NCBI RefSeq assembly: GCF_001194135.2
Contig: NC_068984.1
Coordinates: 124,843,362-124,884,951 of the forward strand
DNA: 41,590 bases
Direction: 5' to 3'
DNA from: Octopus bimaculoides
Taxonomy: Eukaryota
A program made the position numbers and the translations under genes. Positions within the stretch are counted from its first letter, which is position 1; every line of letters starts with the position of its first letter. The notes below the pieces were generated by a model. It was not told the DNA's origin, did no database searches, and saw only the letters and a program-made list of their open reading frames with translations. Positions 33,570 through 41,590 of this stretch are shown piece after piece.

Positions 33570-35215
33570 AAGGCGGGGAGCTGGCAGAATCGTCAGCGTG
33601 ACGGTCAAAATGCTTAGTAACATTTCGTCCTTTTGTAAGTTCTGCGTTCAAATTCCAGCGAGGTCGACTTTGTCTTTCATCTTTTCGGGGTTGATAAATT
33701 AAATACCAGTGGAGTACTCGGGTCGATGCAATTGACTTGTCCCCTCCTCCAAAATTTCAAGCCTTGTGCCTATAGTAGAAAGGATTATTTCATTTCTCCT
33801 GTCGCTGCGTTCTGAGTTCAAATTCCGTCGAGGTCAACTTTCTCTTTCATCCTTACGGGGTCGATAAATTAAGCACCAGTGAAACATTGGGGTCCATGTA
33901 ATCGACTAGTCCCCTTCCATAAATTTCAGACCTTGTGCCTATAGTAGAAAAGCTTATTAAGGCGGTGAGCTGGCAGGGTTGTTAGCACGTTGGACGAAAT
34001 GCTTTGTGGTATTTCGCCCGTCGCTACGTTCTGAGTTCAAATTCGCTGACGTCGACTTTGCCTTTCATTCTTTCGGGGTCGATAAACTAAGTACCAATGT
34101 AACACTGTGGTCGGTGTAATCGACTAGTCTCTTACCCCCAAATTTCATGTCTTGTGCCTTTAACTGAAAGGATTGGCAGAGGTTAGCCTAATGCCAAACT
34201 TCTCCCATACTAACAATTTGAAAACAGGCCTTGCCCTTTAATAGAAGAGAATATGATTAGGATTATCATTATTAATTTCACAAGATCAGGGAATGGCAGA
34301 ATCTGTGAAATGAGTTGGATTGACAAATTTCAACACTTAAAACTCATTAACTTCGAGGTTATCTTTCATCAATCTCCTTCGACAAAATAAGGGCCAGTCA
34401 AGTACTGGATTCGATTTAATTAGCCATATCTTTCCCCCAAAGTGTTTAGTTGTTTACCTATGTTAGAAATCATTTAGTAAAATCAACAGTGCATCAGATA
34501 AAGTGCCTTACTCTATTTATTTACGGCCTTTGCATCCTGATCTCAAATCTCGCAGAAACCGAGTTCGTATTAACTCATTCTGAAGTCAATAAATAAAATA
34601 AAACTTGGCTATAAAGATCGATGTAATCGACTATATCCCTTACGGCGGACGAAATGTTTAGCGGCATTTCGTCCATATTTAACTTCTGAGTTCAAATTCC
34701 GTCGCGGTTGACTTTGCCTTTCATCCTCTAGGCGTCGATAAAATGAGTACCAGTTACGCACTGAGTTCGATGTAATCGACTTAAACATTCACCCAAAATT
34801 GCTGGCTCTGTACCAACAACTGTAGCCGATATTACTTGTTTTGTACCTATATAAATAGGGGTTATTTAGTGTAGTTAAGGCTGGGCTGTTAGCAAGCCAG
34901 ATAAAATGCTTAGCAGCATTTCGCCCATCGTTACGTCCTGAGTTCAAATTCTTCCGAGATCGACTTTGCCTTTCTTTCTTTCAGGGTTGATTGATTATGT
35001 TCCAGTGAAACACTGGGGACGATGCAATGGACAAGCCACCTCCCCCAAATGTCAGGTCTTGTGCCTATAGTAAAAAGGATTAATTAGTGTAGTTATATTC
35101 CGCAGAGGTCGATTTTGCTTTCCACCCTTTTGGTTCGATAAAATAAGTACCGGTCGTAGAATGGGGTCGTTGTGATCGATTAGCTCTTCCCCAGAAAATC
35201 TGAGGTCTTGGCTTA
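33570..35215 (+). mobile_element. Array of 7-8 co-oriented SINE B copies or fragments
   Basis: B motifs at ~33570, 33797, 33959, 34350, 34640, 34878 and 35095, plus a very decayed one at ~34530; all on the plus strand. Confidence 0.85.
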
Positions 35216-35234
35216 TATCGTTTATCTTTTACCA

Positions 35235-35413
35235 TTTACCTTTTACTTGTTTCAGTTGACTGCAGCCATGCTGAAGCACCAGCTCGAAGAAATCGACCCA
35301 AGATTAAAAAAGAAAAAAATTTCTAAGCCTGATACTTATTCTATCGGTGTCTTTTGCCAGCACCGGTTGTCAAGCGGAGACGAGGGGACGTCAAACACAA
35401 ACCAGATTCGAAG

Positions 35414-35425
<12 letters not shown>
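35235..35425 (-). mobile_element. SINE A 3' half
   Basis: TTTTACTTGTTTCAGTTGACTGCAGCCATGCTG ... TACTTATTCTATCGGT ... GGTTGTCAAGCGG. Confidence 0.8.
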
Positions 35426-35446
<21 letters not shown>

Positions 35447-35447
35447 A

Positions 35448-35486
<39 letters not shown>

Positions 35487-36157
35487 ATTTGGGGATGTTC
35501 ATGCTGCCATCTTAGCCAACGAAAACACACGCACTATATATTTGGTGTTCAATTACTTCAGCTTTATTTCATATTAATTATACTTCGGCCAGAATTCTTT
35601 CGTCACAATTTTGTAATTTCATCAGTGATCTTTTGCTTTCTTCTTTCTTTTTTATGTCTCTCCTTCCTCACGATGTACCATTTTGTGTTCCTGTTGTATG
35701 TGTCTTTATTTGCGCATGCGTATATCCCTATGTGTGTCTATGTTTAATAAGTGTGTGTGTGAGAATGTGTATGGTACCCGCATTACCAGTATCCTCTGTT
35801 TATTCACGTTCGTTTTATTTAATTTTACTTATTTTATTCATTTGTTTTTATCTACTTATTTTTTCATTTCTTTCTCTTTCTGTTTTAATTTAATTTAATT
35901 TAATTTAATTTAATTTGTTTATATATATAATTATTTAATTTCATTTATTTATCTGTCTATTGTATATATGCATATGTATATGCACTTATGTACGTGTGTG
36001 CATATGGTTAAGTGAATGAGATACAATCAATATCTAACAAAAGATTTTGTAACATATTTCTATGTACACACATCTCGGACATATGCATATAGACACAAAT
36101 GCATGCATACACCATGTATGTCTGTGCGTCTATACATAGATATACATATATATACAC

Positions 36158-36360
36158 ACGTGGCTGTGCGGTAAGAAGCTTGCTTCCTAACCACATGGTT
36201 CCGGGTTCAGTGGCGCCTTGGGCAAGTATCTTTTACTATAGCCCCGGCCTGACCAAAGTCTTGTGAGTGGATTTGGTAGACGGAAACTGAAAGAAGCCCG
36301 TTGTATATATGCATCTAAATGTTTATATGTGTGTCTTTCTGTCTGTGTTTATCACCCCCA
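36158..36360 (+). mobile_element. SINE A 5' half running into a gap
   Basis: GTGGCTGTGCGGTAAGAAGCTTGCTTCCTAACCACATGGTTCCGGGTTCAGT ... GACGGAAACTGAAAGAAGCCCG. Confidence 0.88.
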
Positions 36361-37220
36361 CCCCACCAGTTATATANNNNNNNNNNNNNNNNNNNNNNNN
36401 NNNNNNNNNNNNNNNNNNNNNNNNNNNNNNNNNNNNNNNNNNNNNNNNNNNNNNNNNNNNNNNNNNNNNNNNNNNNNNNNNNNNNNNNNNNNNNNNNNNN
36501 NNNNNNNNNNNNNNNNNNNNNNNNNNNNNNNNNNNNNNNNNNNNNNNNNNNNNNNNNNNNNNNNNNNNNNNNNNNNNNNNNNNNNNNNNNNNNNNNNNNN
36601 NNNNNNNNNNNNNNNNNNNNNNNNNNNNNNNNNNNNNNNNNNNNNNNNNNNNNNNNNNNNNNNNNNNNNNNNNNNNNNNNNNNNNNNNNNNNNNNNNNNN
36701 NNNNNNNNNNNNNNNNNNNNNNNNNNNNNNNNNNNNNNNNNNNNNNNNNNNNNNNNNNNNNNNNNNNNNNNNNNNNNNNNNNNNNNNNNNNNNNNNNNNN
36801 NNNNNNNNNNNNNNNNNNNNNNNNNNNNNNNNNNNNNNNNNNNNNNNNNNNNNNNNNNNNNNNNNNNNNNNNNNNNNNNNNNNNNNNNNNNNNNNNNNNN
36901 NNNNNNNNNNNNNNNNNNNNNNNNNNNNNNNNNNNNNNNNNNNNNNNNNNNNNNNNNNNNNNNNNNNNNNNNNNNNNNNNNNNNNNNNNNNNNNNNNNNN
37001 NNNNNNNNNNNNNNNNNNNNNNNNNNNNNNNNNNNNNNNNNNNNNNNNNNNNNNNNNNNNNNNNNNNNNNNNNNNNNNNNNNNNNNNNNNNNNNNNNNNN
37101 NNNNNNNNNNNNNNNNNNNNNNNNNNNNNNNNNNNNNNNNNNNNNNNNNNNNNNNNNNNNNNNNNNNNNNNNNNNNNNNNNNNNNNNNNNNNNNNNNNNN
37201 NNNNNNNNNNNNNNNNNNNN

Positions 37221-37261
<41 letters not shown>

Positions 37262-37429
37262 ATGTCTGCATTCTAAAGCAACAAACATTGTCAGTCAACA
37301 GAAACACAAGCATCAACATAAATGTATTTATGCTTGTGTGTGAATGCACGTGTTATATCGAATGTATATTACATAAACCAAAATTAGAATTGAAAGATGA
37401 GATAACGCTAGCTGAATATGACAGGTCAG

Positions 37430-37894
37430 GTCTAGAATGCAGTATATACATTTATATGCGTTTCGTGCGTGTGTATATCTGTGTGTGTGTGTGGTGTGTA
37501 TATGTGTGTGTGTGAGTGAGTGTTTGTACAGAGGCTTTGCATGTATGTATATATGCATGTATACATCCATCCATAATTACACACACATACATACATATAT
37601 ACATTTATATGTATATGAATACATATATTTTACACAAACACACACACACATACACACACATATATACATATGTGTGTATATATATATACACACATGAATA
37701 TAAAAATACACATATGTATGTATATGTAAACATATATGGGCACATACAGATATATTAATGTATTAGATACGCGCCCAAATATATAAATATATTCATCTAT
37801 ACGTGCATATACATATTTATAGATATGTATATGTGTATATATAATATATAAGTATATATATGTATATATGTGAACATATATATGCATCCATACA

Positions 37895-37968
<74 letters not shown>

Positions 37969-38035
37969 CATACACACACACACACATACACACACACAGA
38001 TATATATAATTCAAGTAGTATACATATTTTCAAAT
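37430..38035. repeat. Degenerate (TG)/(CA)/(TA)/(GA) microsatellite field
   Basis: Directly visible. Confidence 0.9.
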
Positions 38036-38667
38036 ACGAATACTCACAAAACGCATTATTTATTGAGATATTCGCTTTCTTTATATTTCATTTTATTTTT
38101 TTATTTTCTTTTATTTTTTCCATTTTTATTTTTACATTTTATTTTTTTTCCCNNNNNNNNNNNNNNNNNNNNNNNNNNNNNNNNNNNNNNNNNNNNNNNN
38201 NNNNNNNNNNNNNNNNNNNNNNNNNNNNNNNNNNNNNNNNNNNNNNNNNNNNNNNNNNNNNNNNNNNNNNNNNNNNNNNNNNNNNNNNNNNNNNNNNNNN
38301 NNNNNNNNNNNNNNNNNNNNNNNNNNNNNNNNNNNNNNNNNNNNNNNNNNNNNNNNNNNNNNNNNNNNNNNNNNNNNNNNNNNNNNNNNNNNNNNNNNNN
38401 NNNNNNNNNNNNNNNNNNNNNNNNNNNNNNNNNNNNNNNNNNNNNNNNNNNNNNNNNNNNNNNNNNNNNNNNNNNNNNNNNNNNNNNNNNNNNNNNNNNN
38501 NNNNNNNNNNNNNNNNNNNNNNNNNNNNNNNNNNNNNNNNNNNNNNNNNNNNNNNNNNNNNNNNNNNNATATATATATTAAACAAGCGCATATATATACG
38601 TATATATATTAAATATTCATAGATGGGCAAATATACATGTATACATGAATTTACACACACACACGTG

Positions 38668-38709
<42 letters not shown>

Positions 38710-38992
38710 CATACTTATAATATCATAATTTGTTTTCATAGTTTATTACGTTTGGCCGTGCTACTTGTAGCTGTTGCTGTTGTTGTTTTTGTTGTTGCTG
38801 TTGTAATTGTTGCTCTTGTTTGTTTACTTGTTTATTGTTTACTTTTCCTCGTTGATGATTCTTATCGTTATTATTCAACGTCATGTTTTACCTGAGAAAA
38901 TGGTTTAGATCATTAGCCTCACCATTTTCAACCATCGCTTGTTGCGAACAGAGTTTTAAATTTCGTCATGGACGTTTTTTTTTTGTTTGTTC

Positions 38993-38994
<2 letters not shown>

Positions 38995-39037
<43 letters not shown>

Positions 39038-39081
39038 TGATGATGATGATCATCATCATCATCATCATGACGACGAGAGCG

Positions 39082-39128
<47 letters not shown>

Positions 39129-39162
39129 CATAATAATAATAATAATGATGATGATGATAATG

Positions 39163-39258
<96 letters not shown>

Positions 39259-39287
39259 GTAATAATAATAATAATAATAAAATAATA

Positions 39288-39339
<52 letters not shown>

Positions 39340-39416
39340 TGATGATGATAATAATAAAAACAATAATAATACCAACAACAGCTACTACTACTATTACAAC
39401 TGCTGCTGCTGCGCTA

Positions 39417-39467
<51 letters not shown>

Positions 39468-39522
39468 TTACTACGAATACTACTACTACTGATGCTACTA
39501 CTGTTGTTACTTCTACTACTGC
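38995..39522. repeat. Long compound (AAT)n with GAT/CAT interruptions, grading into (ACT)/(GCT)n
   Basis: Directly visible. Confidence 0.95.
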
Positions 39523-40140
39523 TAGTGCTAAGTGTATGGAAAACTTGGGAGGTAGATTATATTTTCATCTCCCATTCTCGTCTGTCTTCTGCGTTTCTCA
39601 TTTGCGCGAGCAGACGATTGTGTCAAGAGGTTAACTGAATCGATTTAACAGATTTCAGTTTAAACGATTTTTTATATGCATATACGATGTCATCATTCGT
39701 AGAAATAATATAAATCAAGTGTTGAGGGGCGGTTTATGTCATTCTTGTTATACGTTTCGCACACATACATAAAAAGATAATGATATCGTCTTCACAAACA
39801 GGTTCGAAGCAATAGTTTATGATAGTTTACAATATACATAAATGCGCAAGCACACATTCTACAATCACATACACACATACATATAAACACAAACATACAC
39901 ACACATACACAACACACACACACACATTGTATGTAACATACATAGACATACACAAACACACATACGCATGAACACACACACATATCTTCTTAAACAAGAT
40001 CGTGGATGACTGACTTCCAAGTTTTGCTAGCTAAGCCATAATCGGTCTTCGAAGTCACTATCAACAGCTTTCCAGCTCAAGAGTAATACAAAAGTATAGA
40101 GTAACCCATCAGATCAATATAAAATTGTTTTATTATATGT

Positions 40141-40260
40141 GAAGGCGCGTGGCTCAGTGGTTGAAGTATTCAGCTTATGATCGCAGGGTCATGAGTTCGA
40201 TCCCCGGCCTTGTGTTGGGTCCTTCAGCAAGAAATTTTATTTCGCGACGTTCCAGTCCTC
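40141..40260 (+). mobile_element. D-type SINE head fragment
   Basis: GAAGGCGCGTGGCTCAGTGGTTG (A box TGGCTCAGTGG) ... GAGTTCGATCCCCGG (B box). Confidence 0.8.
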
Positions 40261-40269
40261 TTTCACTAC

Positions 40270-40715
40270 AACCACCAGGTAAAGGGAAACTCATGATCTG
40301 CCCGATTAAAGAAAAGCAGACGGAAAATCATCACCATGGTCTCGGCCGACAGATGTATCCGTCCCACACACGACAACTGCTTTTCGAAATAACTACAAAA
40401 TTCAGCAATGCCCGGATACTGTACAAGTACGTGCAGTACGGTTTTCGTCGATCTGCCGGTACCTTGGACAAGCCCGTCTGACAGCACATCCGAGTTTATC
40501 TCGAACCGGTAACGTCCCTCGGTAGCATTGCCAAACCAAGGATATTTGGAAATTATGCATGGTAGTCCCCGACCAGACAGTCCTCTTGAGCAAACTACCC
40601 ATCTGCTCAGAATCTCCCCGATAACGTCGTTGCACTTCTTCGGCACTAATCCTCTATATATTGCTAAAGCGGAACATACACTTAATCCCATTGCCTGACG
40701 ACACTCTAGATGCTA
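40270..40715 (-). pseudogene. L1/Tx1-like LINE ORF2 C-terminal remnant (zf-RVT / CCHC region)
   Basis: Joining the two track ORFs gives NFQISLVWQCYRGTLPVRDKL...ACPRYRQIDE / TVLHVLVQYPGIAEFCSYFEKQLSCVGRIHLSAE, i.e. W....G.LP..D.L...CP.C...ET..H....CP with Cys-to-Tyr decay. Confidence 0.8.
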
Positions 40716-41590
40716 AGCGCTCAGTCCCGGTCTTTTTCTTTTTTTTTTTTTTTTTCACCTAGGACTGCAACTCCGTCAAAGAGACGAGCTATAGAAAGAT
40801 GTGCCTCACAAACGGAGCCCACACACGCTCACCGTTCGGAAATCGTGACAGGTGGCACTATTTTATTATCCTTTTCATTAATAATCGTACCCGTCTTTCC
40901 CTATCCGTCAACAAATCTAACCTATCTACCAATCTATTTATTTGCAAAGTGAGTTATTAACCACAAATCCATTTGAACATATTACAGATATGGTTCGCCA
41001 TGCTGTTCAATCAACTGCTTTTTTTTTTCTCTCTATAATTCTACCTGAATAATATCTTATTATATATCAGATATAAAGCAGTGTTTTTATCTTAAATTTA
41101 GCTTGTGAAGCATTCTTTGCTTTGAATCTAGTTCTCCACAGAGTAGACGCCTCGGCCGTCTTTCATCTTCATATATAAAGCTGAAATTGTGTGTTTGTGT
41201 GAAGCCTTTTTGAAAGTTTATAGAAATCCACATTTTCCACTTTTTCGTAAACATTTTTGCATCAATGGAATTTTCTCGATCTGAACTTTCCAGTGCAGTA
41301 ATTAGATTTTTAAAATTCCGTTTACTTTGTGTGGTTTAAGGGAGATTTGGCTGTCGTTTCTAGCAATTTTTATATTTCATCCCTTCTACTTGGAACGCCG
41401 TTCTTACACACCTGCTCAACATAAAAATATAGAGAGTAAGAGTGGGAGAGGGAGAAAGAGAGAAAGTGATACATACAACGTCATAGATTAAACTTTCATC
41501 TCAGTATTCTTTACCTATTTTTCATAACATAGATACGTAAAAACACACACAACCACACATACATAACCTGTGACAACAACATACACATTT

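Noticed and set aside
33570-35215. CRISPR-like or satellite array of recurring motifs
   Set aside because: Units are 120-220-bp diverged SINE copies with irregular spacing in a eukaryotic context; no cas genes.
38883-39638. 251-aa poly-Asn/Ile/Leu ORF
   Set aside because: Translation of the (AAT)n/(ACT)n microsatellite.
40266-40691. 141-aa ORF as a cellular gene
   Set aside because: It is a frameshifted mosaic; together with ORF 40402-40635 it reconstructs an L1-type ORF2 C-terminus.

Overview
Eukaryotic, AT-rich, repeat-dominated, apparently intronic or intergenic DNA from a draft assembly. It has 16 N-gaps totalling about 4.7 kb, most of them abutting microsatellites. The repeat content (several tRNA-derived SINE families plus very dense di-, tri- and tetranucleotide microsatellites) resembles octopus or another coleoid cephalopod; this is an inference from recall, not a database result. 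I find no intact protein-coding gene, rRNA, tRNA gene or CRISPR array, and nearly all ORFs in the track are microsatellite or N-gap artefacts. Supported features: (i) three SINE groups with RNA Pol III A/B-box heads, labelled A, B and D by me, in about 35-40 copies or fragments; (ii) a truncated Ty3/Gypsy (Mag-like) LTR element on the minus strand with a putative LTR, a tRNA-Ser primer-binding site and a decayed gag; (iii) decayed pieces of a Tc1/mariner transposase, two RTE-like LINEs, an L1/Tx1-like LINE and a Dong/R4-like LINE; (iv) two mariner-type non-autonomous elements. I cannot support a novel biological system here. The best leads are a TSD-bounded dimeric SINE seen twice, swapping of heads and tails among SINEs, a 530-bp element bracketed by (TTA)n next to a Dong/R4 tail, a template-switch inversion at the broken end of gag, and a few weak candidate exons.
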